Assembly: GCA_013416795.1 (NCBI GenBank)
Contig: RQSC01000016.1
Location: forward strand, 29,757 to 93,756
Length of the DNA stretch: 64,000 nucleotides
Source of the DNA: Prasinococcaceae sp. CCMP 1430
Taxonomy: Eukaryota > Plantae > Prasinodermophyta
Direction of reading: 5' to 3'
Shown here: positions 1 through 9,242 of the stretch, piece after piece
How the letters are laid out: each line of letters starts with the position of its first letter
Numbering within the stretch: the first letter of the stretch is position 1
Position numbers and translations under genes: made by a program
Notes under the pieces: model-generated
What the model saw: only the letters and a program-made list of their open reading frames with translations
Database searches by the model: none
What the model was told of the DNA's origin: nothing

Positions 1-284
1 TGGCCGGCGCGGCGCACCGCACGCAACGTGGGAGCACGCATGGATATGCGCATCAAAAGGAATCCCAACCAAACGCAAAGGGAAAAAGGGTCCATACGAA
101 CACAAATCATAATGCATTCATATGTGTATCTCGGGTGCGTTGGAACGGTAAAATAGTTAGGGTTGCAATGTTACCGTAAATGCCGCGCGCGGCCGACGAG
201 CGGCGCGGCGGCTCGAGCCACAGCGCGCGCCCCTGGGGGTGGGTGGGGTGGGGCGGGGCGGGGTGGGGCGGAGGAGGGAGGCGC

Positions 285-1110
285 ATGGGTCTGCCTAGGA
301 GACCATCGCCGGCTTGCGCGAGGGGCTACGAGCAGCTCTTCATCGCCGGTGAGGGCGCCCACGCGCGCGTGCGCGCGCGCGCTCGCGCGGCCGGGCGCAG
401 AGGCGAACGGGCGAGCGAGTGTGCGGCAGGCCAGCCAGCGTAGGTGCGCCCGCGCGGGGTTGACGCCGTGCGAGCACCTACTGATACCCACCGCTGCCGA
501 TGACGCACACACTCCTGCCCGACTACTTGCGTCGCCGGCGCTGGCGCCAACGCGGCCCGCCCGCACAGACGCCGGCGGCGTGCCTGGAAACGACCTGTAC
601 GCGCTGAAACACCGCAATGGCCTGGTCGTCGTGGGTCTCGCCGCACGCCATGCAGCGCTGCGTTCCGGCGGAGAGCTGCGCGTGACGTACGTGGTCGACG
701 GAGACGATCGGCGCGAGCTCGCCGCAGCAGCAACGGGAAAGCGCAAGCGCAAGGGCCAGCAGAAGCTCGGCGCGGCGCACGCCATTGCGGAGCTCACATG
801 CGAAGGCAGCGGCGACGGGGAAAGCAGTAGTGAGTGCACCCGGTACCGCGTGCACGCGTTAGTCGACGGCACGCTTCTTGAGGTGAACAGCGCTTTGGAC
901 AGCTCGCGCGCGGGCAGCAAGCCCTCCGGCGCGCTGCTGCGCTCGTCCGCTGAGTGGCGCGGATACGTGGGCATCGTGATGGCCTACGGAGATGCCGCTA
1001 AGCGCATGTGCGTGGGCGCGAGCGCGGGCAACGACGTGGGTACGCTACTGTCGCTCGACGAGTATGAGGCGCTGCGCGGCATTGCGAAGGAGGACTCACC
1101 TTACCGATAG
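285..1110 (+). CDS. ABITRAM: Abitram/FAM206A (Simiate)-like protein; exons 285-348 and 569-1110
   Basis: ATG 285, donor G|GTGAGG at 349 and acceptor GCACAG| at 568 join in phase 1 (…LFIA-D-AGGVPGNDLYALKHRNGLVVVGLA…). 'HxNGLxVVGLA', 'LLEVNSAL' and 'GYVGIVM' match the GCV_H-like Abitram family. Stop TAG. Confidence 0.75.
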
Positions 1111-1296
1111 CTGGGGCGTGCAGTCCGAGACCACGGAGGGGGCGCGACTCCCAAGCGCGAGCGCTCGCGCGCCAAGGCCGCTGCGGCGGGAGCGATGCGT
1201 GCAGCAGCGGGGGCATGTACGGCAAATCTTTGTACATATACAGTGTAGTACTAGTAGCCAACATTTGGTTGTACGCCGAGAGCGAGCGAGCCATCC

Positions 1297-3127
1297 TCAG
1301 AGCTTGGCGCGGACGCGGCGCCCCTTGTCGTGCTTGCCATCGGCAATCTCCTTGCGCAGCTCGCGCTTGCTCATTTTGCCCGTCGCGGTCCTCGGGATGG
1401 CGTCCACGAAGATGACCTCGTCTGGAATCCACCACTTCGGAACGCGGCCGTGGTAGACCGCCAGGACGGCAGCGGCGCTCACGGACGCGCCGGGCTTGCA
1501 CACCACGCACAGTGCCGGGCGCTCGTCGTACTGCGGATGGGGAACGCCCACGCAGCAGGCCTCGGCAACTCCAGGGGCGCTCAGAGCCAGGTTCTCGACG
1601 TCAATAGAGCTGATCCATTCGCCACCCGACTTGATGACGTCCTTGTTGCGATCCACAATGCTCACAAATCCATGCGAGTCGATGGTGGCGATGTCACCTG
1701 TCGCAGCCGCGCCGAGGCAGATAGCAGAGGCGGCGAGTGAGTTAGCAGGCGCTGTGGGCTCTGAGATGACCGCAAAGGCAAGGCTGCTCGCATCACGCAC
1801 CTGTGTCGAAAAAGCCCTGCGGGTCGAGGACGTCGTCCAGCCGCGGGTCGTGCACCGAAGAACGAGACGTGCTCTTGAAGTACGTTTGGATCACACTGGG
1901 CCCATTCACCATGAGCCGACCGATCGTCTTGCCGTCGCGCGGTAACTCGCGGTCCGAGTCGTGCGCGGACACCTTCATGTCGTTTATCCATTGCGTTCGA
2001 CCCGCCTTCATCATGTACGCTGTGCGCTCAGCGCGCGTCGTCGGCGCGACGCCGCGCTTGAGCGCAAAGTTGGTGCCCAGCGGGCCCATCTCAGTCATGC
2101 CCCATGCCTGCACGAGAGTAACGCCATAGCGCTCTTCGAAAGCCTCGATGACTGACGCCGCGGGCGCTGCGCCACCGACGATCGCGCGCTTCAGAGTGCG
2201 CAGCGGATCCTTGCCCGCTTTGCCGCTGTCGAGGTGCGCGAGGATGTCGATGTAAAGCGTGGGCACGCCTGTCATGAGTGTGGCTCCATGTACGCGCGCG
2301 AGCGATACGAGCGCAGGGCCGCTGACGTCCCGGCCAGGCAGCACCACGCCCGCGCCTGCCAGCGGGCAGCTGAAGACGAGCCCCCACGCGTTGGCGTGAT
2401 ACATGGCCGCGCCACAGAGCACGGTGTCGGTGGCGCTCAGGTGGAGGCTGTCCGCCCCCAGCTCAGACATGGCGTGGAGAAAGTTCGATCTGTGCGTGTA
2501 TACAACTCCCTTGGGAGCGCCCGTGGTACCGCTGGTGAAGCTCAGCCCACACGGCGAGCGCTCATCGAAGGGCAAGCCCCCGAACCACGAGTAGCTGCCG
2601 CCGAGTTCCGCGGCCACCAGCGCTTCGAAGGTCTCGAGCTGGCCTCGCACGCCAGCCTCGGTGACTGCGCGCTCGCCAGCGGCACCGTCGACCATTGCCA
2701 CCCCCCTGGCGAGCAAGTCGCCGCACGGCCCGCCTCGTTTTTCCAGCTCGGCCTGCAGCGCGGCCATTTCAGGGGCGCAGTGCTCGTCGACGAAGAAGAC
2801 GCGATCCTGCGCGGCGTGCACGATATCCGCGAGTTGTGAAACAAAGTACCGCGGGTTGAGCGTGTGCACGACGGCGCCGCACCCCATGATGGCCCACCAC
2901 GCCATCATGTGGCGCTCGGAGTTGAAGCTCATCGTCGCGACGTGCTGGCCTCGCCGTACGCCGCGTGCCACGAGCGCGCGCGCGAGCGCGAGCGCGCGCT
3001 CGCGAACGCGCGCCCACGTCGACCCGCCGCCTGCCGAGCCCGCGCAGGCCACCGGCGCATCGCCGTGCCATCGCGCCGCGTGGTCCAGGCAGCGGGTGAC
3101 GTGGAGGTCCCACTCCTGCATGCTCAT
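1297..3127 (-). CDS. AMP-dependent acyl-CoA synthetase (AlkK/DmdB-like medium-chain ligase) with PTS1; exons 3127-1801 and 1697-1297
   Basis: Motifs SFTSGTTGAPKGV and QAWGMTE. Removing intron 1698-1800 (GTGCGT…ACAG) restores FFDTGDIATID; then DRNKDVIKSGGEWISS. C-terminus …VRAKL*. Confidence 0.9.
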
Positions 3128-3168
3128 CGCGCGTCCGCCTGCCCCGCTCCGCCCCGCGCGGAGCGCGG

Positions 3169-3447
3169 NNNNNNNNNNNNNNNNNNNNNNNNNNNNNNNN
3201 NNNNNNNNNNNNNNNNNNNNNNNNNNNNNNNNNNNNNNNNNNNNNNNNNNNNNNNNNNNNNNNNNNNNNNNNNNNNNNNNNNNNNNNNNNNNNNNNNNNN
3301 NNNNNNNNNNNNNNNNNNNNNNNNNNNNNNNNNNNNNNNNNNNNNNNNNNNNNNNNNNNNNNNNNNNNNNNNNNNNNNNNNNNNNNNNNNNNNNNNNNNN
3401 NNNNNNNNNNNNNNNNNNNNNNNNNNNNNNNNNNNNNNNNNNNNNNN
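3169..3447. other. Assembly gap (279 N) covering the divergent promoter and the 5' end of the next gene
   Basis: Run of N. Confidence 1.
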
Positions 3448-4633
3448 GCGGCGGGCGCGGCGATTGGCGCCGGCGCGGCGCTGCCCGCGCTCGCGGCGGG
3501 GCCTGGTAAGGCTGCCACGCACGTGGTCGCGAGCGGCGACTGCCTCTCGGTGATCGCCTCGCGCTACGGCTGCTCTGTCGAAGACCTCATGGCCGCTAAC
3601 GGCATCGATGACTCCGACAAGATCGAGGCTGGACAGAAGCTCCGTGTCCCCAAGGAGGACACGAAGGTGCGGGGCCTGCGCGCTCTGCCCCCACCCCAAC
3701 ACGCATGCACACGTGCCTCTTCCGCCATTTCCCGCGCCGTAGCTTGCGTACGCATTCTGAGCGACTGACGCGCGAGTCGCGCTCTGCTCTTGGCGTGCAT
3801 CCGCGCGCGCGCGCGCTCGCCTGATCCCGCAGACGTTCGAGTTTGCACGCTTCATGGCCGCAGGCGGCATCGCCGGCTGCACCGTTGAGACGGTGCTCTT
3901 CCCCCTGGACACCATCAAGACGCGTCTGCAGGCCGCGCGCGCCGGCAAGGGCCTGGACCTGCGCGGGCTGTACAACGGCCTCGGGGGCAACATCCCCGGC
4001 TGCTTCGCCGCCAGCGCCATCTTCTTCGGTGTGTACGATCCTCTGAAGAAGCGCCTCGAGGAAGGCTGGGGGAAGGGCTCTACCTCCGCGCACCTGGTTT
4101 CGGCCGCGAGCGCCGGCCTGGTGTCGAGCGTGGTGCGCGTGCCCACCGAGGTCGTCAAGCAGCGCTTGCAGACGGGGCAGTTCAACGGCCCTGTGGAGGC
4201 CGTCAAGACTATCTTCAAGTCGGAGGGCGTGCGCGGCTTCACGCGCGGCTACGGTGCTTTCCTGCTGCGTGATCTGCCCTTTGATGCCATCGAGTTCGTG
4301 GCGTACGAGGGCCTCAAGACCCAGTACACGAGATACAAGGGCCGTCGCATCGAGCCTGCGGAGGCGAGCGTGCTGGGAGGCATCGCCGGCGCCTTCACGG
4401 GCGCGGCGACGACCCCGCTGGACGTCCTCAAGACGCGTTTCATGACCGGCGGCGCGAGCGTCAAGTACAAGGGCCTCGTTGATGCGGCGGCAACCATTGC
4501 GCGTGAGGAGGGCTGGAGGGCGCTCTTCGCCGGCGTGCAGCCGCGCGTGACCTGGATCGGCATCGGTGGCTTCATCTTCTTCGGCTGCCTCGAGAAGTCA
4601 CGCGAGATCCTGGGGGTTGCCGACGAGATGTAG
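3448..4633 (+). CDS. LysM domain fused to an S-adenosylmethionine-type mitochondrial/plastid carrier (SLC25, SAMC-like); 5' end in gap; exons <3448-3666 and 3833-4633
   Basis: LysM: HVVASGDCLSVIASRYGCSVEDLMAANGIDDSDKIEAGQKLRVP. Phase-0 intron 3667-3832 (AAG|GTGCGG…CCCGCAG|ACG) joins it to TFEFARFMAAGGIAG…. Three carrier signatures: PLDTIKTRL, PTEVVKQRL, PLDVLKTRF. RDLPFDAIEF is typical of SAM carriers. Confidence 0.85.
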
Positions 4634-4949
4634 AGCTAGCTAGAGGCTGGTGGGATGGACGCGGCGCTGCCACTCACAGACACATGACGTAACGAATTCC
4701 CTCATGCGTGCGCTCGAATGCGCGTTTTTCCTGATGCAAACGCGTCGCACGCGCGACGGGCAGCGCAGCGCAGTCAGGCGGGCGGGCCACGCGGGCGGAC
4801 ACGCGGGCGAGCTGAGCATGCGTGCCATCGACGGCTAGGCGTGAGATGCGGAATGCCGACAAAGCAAACGACGGCCCCGCTCAATTTACACACCGGGGTG
4901 GGACTGAAAAGGGGGCAAACTCACGCAAGCCGGCCTCTGATAGAGCACT

Positions 4950-5454
4950 TCAGAGCCCGCCGACCTGCTCGAGGAAGGCGTCGATCTCGTCGTTGTCCTC
5001 CATGTCGAGCTCCGCAGGCGACTGGTTCTCGTTGAGGCGCATGCCGTCGAACACGAAGCGGATCGAGTCCTGGCCGATCGCTTGCCTCTCTGCGTACGCC
5101 TTCATCATCTGCGTGCGGGCGCGGGCGACATGCGACCAGCGTGTGGCGGGTGTTCGCAAGAGTCAGCGTATGGGCCGCGCCGACCAGACGCTACCTCCCC
5201 GCGGCAGCGCGCGACGCCTGATCCTCGCCATTGGCACCGCCAGGCAGTGCGATGAATCTGTAGAATCACAGGGCAGTGCCACGCGCGCACCCTCCCTCCA
5301 CAGGCAGTTGCAAACGCACGCGCTCGCCCGCCCCTCGAGCGACCAAGGCCAGCGGGATCTCCCCACTCCCAAGCCACCGCCGCCGCCGCAGCAGCATGCG
5401 CACCTTGCCCAGCTTCGCAGTCTTCTTGATCTTGAAGAAAACCTCCTGCCCGTC
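4950..5454 (-). CDS. SUMO: SUMO (small ubiquitin-like modifier); exons 5454-5404 and 5108-4950; first exon not located
   Basis: DGQEVFFKIKKTAKLGK|MMKAYAERQ…IRFVFDGMRL…TPAEL-like SPAELDMEDNDEIDAFLEQVGG-L*: di-Gly motif with a 1-residue extension. Confidence 0.9.
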
Positions 5455-5926
5455 CTGTGGGCAGCGCGCGTGCAGCCAAAGTGTCAGGCGGCGCACACAG
5501 GGGCGCGCGTTGTGTAGGCGCGTACGGTGGAGGTTGGCGGGGGGATGGACCGACAATTTGGAGAGAAAGGACGCGAGGAGGAGGAGGGTAGCATAGCGCC
5601 CGGCCCCCTTGCCTTGCCCGGGAACTGGGTGGCACGGTGCAGCAATGTACAATGCCCGCACCCCCACCCCACCCCCATGACGTGCGCGTTGGCTGCAAAA
5701 ATTCGTTCGCGGCGGCACCGGCCTGCGGCGCATCCGACGCGCAGGGATGGAGAGGGCGTCCATCGAAGGCGTCGCTGTGCTAAACGCCCGCGATGCATGC
5801 GCGCCGACGCGTGCCTCGCCGATCGCGCCTGAGCCTCGACACCAGGCAGCGGCGCCTCAAGTCACATCGCGCGGTTCGATGCGTACGTCCGACAGTGCGC
5901 CGATCGGATGCGCCGCAGCGCGAGCG

Positions 5927-6106
5927 ATGCGCGCCGCGCGCGCCTCCTGCGCGCGCCCCGCGCGGGCTCGCGGGCGGCCTTCGAACCCCAGATCACTCCG
6001 CGCGCCTCTATCACGAAGCGCCACGGCCGCGCGCCGCGCCNAGTCCAAGGCCATCGACGACCTGCTCGCGAAGAAGGGCATGCGCCCGAGCCCCAAGTAC
6101 GACTGA
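5927..6106 (+). CDS. Partial gene across a single-N join; transit-peptide-like N-terminus and C-terminus SKAIDDLLAKKGMRPSPKYD*
   Basis: Ala/Arg/Ser-rich start MRAARASCARPARARG… and a coding-like codon run after N6041. The middle is probably collapsed. Confidence 0.35.
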   Translation: MRAARASCARPARARGRPSNPRSLRAPLSRSATAARRAXSKAIDDLLAKKGMRPSPKYD

Positions 6107-6802
6107 GGCGGGGCCGCGATGGCGCGCGCGCGGCGCCGGCCGGCGACGGCGATACGGAAGCAGTGCGGCGCGCCCGCGCCCGCGCTGCGGCACGTCGACT
6201 ACGTATACGTCTGCTGTGGCAGTGCTCCCACGCCGCGTCAATTCGCTCTGCAAGCAACGCGTTGGTGCTGTGTGGCCGACAGACGGGGCATAGTGTACGC
6301 GGGGCTGCTCTCGAAGGAGCTCGTTTGGGAGGCGAGGGCGTGCGTTGCCCGGAAGGAGCGCCACGCAGTCAGTGGGGGAGCACAGGTTGGTGCGCGGGCG
6401 AGGCGACGGGCCACGCGCAGCGGCCGGGGTCGGGGCAGCCCACAGGGCGCGCGCGCCGCGTAGCACGCCGAAGACATTGTCGTTGGTCACTGTCCACAGC
6501 TTCGGATGCGTTTGCACACCCCCACGCACCGTGCGCTCGTGGGTCTGGGGTGCATTGCTGTACCAAGTGGCGGTGCTCGCGCACGCGCGACGCGGCCGAG
6601 CGGGATGTGAGTGTCGAAGCGCGCTGCTCGGGGTATTGACAATGGAGGTACTGTACCGGGTACAGTACTGTATGTATTAAAGAATTGCTGTGGATGCAAC
6701 CGCGCGGCGTGTCCGCCACCCATTCGTCCGCTTCTCGCGCCCGCCAACTCGGGGAAGAGATCCCACATCTGCTCGGCGGTGCTTGGGGCGACGCAGCTCC
6801 CC

Positions 6803-8526
6803 TTACCTGTCGAAGGTGCCATCGCCCTTGGGCTTTTTCGCTGGATTCTTCCACGGCCACAGCTTCATGCTGGCGCCCCACTCGCGGTTTGCGTAATTGT
6901 AGCGCTCCATGTAGTAGTCGATGAGGATGGTCTCCAGGCTGTACGCGTGCGCCGTGTAGTTGTGCAGCGGGTCGTAGTAGTGGCCTGCAGAGAACCTGGT
7001 GCCCGCAGGGCCCCTGTCCCAGCCATAGAGGTCAACTGTTTTGCAGAGCCCCCCAAGCGTAGTGTGCAGGATGCCGATCCAACCTGTCGAGAGCCTTGGC
7101 AGCGAGGCGCCCACCGCGACGCGGTGTCCCTTCACCCACGAGCGGATGACTTTCTGCCAAGGGTTCTTGAACGCCGTCGTATAGTTTTTGTTGATGGTGT
7201 ACTTGCAGTCGTTCGGCGCGTACACCTTGACGCGCTGTTTCGTGAAGGAACTCACGCGCGAGGGCATGAAGTCAAAGAGGAACCAAATGCCCAGCTCATA
7301 CGTGGGACATGCCGGGATCCACTGCGAAGGACGATTGGCCACCACATCGTTGGCCAGCATGAGCGACGTGCGGGCGCCGACGTCGTCCTCGTAGCCAACA
7401 GTTTTGGCCATGTTGAAGCGGATCACTACGTCGTGTTTGTCGATGTCCTCTCCGTACTGCGAGTCGAGCATCGACGGTGAGCTCGAAATCACCGCGCACG
7501 TACCGAACGCGCGCTTGGGACCGCTTTTCGCAGTGAAGAGCGCTTTCGACTCCTCCAGGGAGCGCATCTGCGCGGCGGCGGCGAGGCACCACGAGCGCGC
7601 GCGGCGGTCGCGCAGGGGTGCGGTCAGCAAGCCGTCGCTCGAATTCGTTGACACGCGCGCAGAGGCTGGTTGCGTGCCGTGCCGCGCCCGCGCGCCCACC
7701 CACCTTGGCCGCGGGGTCCTCGTCGAGCACCGTGAGAGACTGTATCGAGTCCCATTCAGCGCCGAGCGGCGGCGGCTCGAATGCGCACGGCAGCGAGCCG
7801 TTGCTGCAAGGTGTGAAGTGATCGTTGTTCTTGAGCCAGCCAGAGCAGCACACATTGGAGGTGGCGGCGGTAGAGCCCTCCCTCCCGAAGCGCACGATCT
7901 GCTTGTCGCAACTGACGCCGCCGCACACGTTGCAAATGGCCTGCGGGGGGTGCGGGTGGGGGGCGTGAGCGCGTCCGCGCGAGCGAACCATCACGTGCGG
8001 TGCGTCAGCGCGCCCGCCTGCCTGCGCCTGCACGTGCCCACCACCGCTGCTGCCGCTGCCACGCGCCCGAGCACCAGGGGGTGAGGGGCGCGCGCGGTCC
8101 TGCGCATGACCTCACCTTGTCGCAGCAGAAGCCGACGTCCTTCGGATACTTCTCGCCCCCCGAATAGATGCCCCCTTCAGGGCAGGGGCCGCGCTCCCCC
8201 TTAGGCGCCTTGAACGCCGCGGCAGTCTCCTCTGCGTTCATCGTGCGCTCCTTGTATGCCACGATGCGCTCACCGCGGCACGCGCGCGCGCATGCCCCCA
8301 TCAGCAGCGCGCACACCAGCGCTCGGGCCGCGGGGGCGCCCGCCCGCGAACGCGTTTCGATGGGGACACAAGTCGCATGGAGCTCGTCCAGCAGCTCGTA
8401 CACCAGCACGAAGTTTTGGACCCCACCGTGCCGGCCCGTCGGTCCGTCGGGGAACTCCTCCGAACACAAACCTCTCGAAACTGCCTGGCCGGCGGCGACC
8501 GGTGTCAATTTCAAATCAAACCGCAT
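6803..8526 (-). CDS. GT29 sialyltransferase-like glycosyltransferase with an N-terminal Cys-rich module; exons ~8301/8526-8116, 7940-7704, 7567-6803 (start unresolved)
   Basis: Sialylmotif L: CAVISSSPSMLDSQYGEDIDKHDVVIRFN…GYEDDVGARTS. Motif S-like LSTGWIGI…LCKTVDLYGW; HYYD. Phase-0 GT-AG introns. Confidence 0.85.
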
Positions 8527-9242
8527 GCAAACGCCAGCCAGACCAGGGTCCTGCGCGCACCCTGAGAAACACTCCCAGTCAGTCAGGGTTCGACCCCGAC
8601 CAGCCAACGCGGGCGGTTGTGCCCCGACCGACCGACCGACCGGCGGCGCTTCCTCGAGCACACTACTACAGGCAGGAGTGGGAGCGCGGCGGAGACGGCC
8701 TCGGTCGGTGGATCGGCTCTCGCTGGCTCGCTGGCTCGCTGGCTCGGCCTCTCGGCGCCTCCGTCCGTCCGTCCTGTCCCCTCGCTTCGCGCCGCCCGCC
8801 TGGCCTCGGCTCGCTCGGCGCCTTCGTGCGCCCTCCACCCCTCGCGCCGGCCGCCATGCCATCCCATCCTGCGACTCCGCACCAGCCAGCCACCATCCAG
8901 TTCGATAGATGGATGGGTGCGATGAGACCGGCCGGGTGCGCTTTGTCGTCGACGCGCCGCGCCGCTCGACGCGCGTCCCCTCGCCCTCGGGTCGGTTCCG
9001 GGCCTCGGCGCGGCGGCTGCGCGCGGCAGGCGAGCAGCGCGCGCGCGCGCCGGCGAGCCGAGGGGGAGCAATGCTACGCCGTGGGTACACATCACGTGAA
9101 AGTAGATTGTATATCACCACCCACGTGGGAGGGGCGCCGGTGCCGCCGCGCGGCGAGGGTTTACCGGCCGCAGCCGTTTTGACCTCGGCCGGCCGGGCTG
9201 CCCCGGACAGCTCGCGCGCGGCACAGTGCGGGCGGGCGGCGG

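Noticed and set aside
5455-5600. MLPSSSSRPF…TST as SUMO exon 1 (donor ACC|GTACGC)
   Set aside because: It joins in phase but lacks the conserved first beta-strand (INLKV-like), so the SUMO 5' end is left unresolved.
6011-6529. Minus-strand 172-aa ORF between SUMO and GT29
   Set aside because: No motif, it overlaps a plausible plus-strand C-terminus, and there is no splice support.
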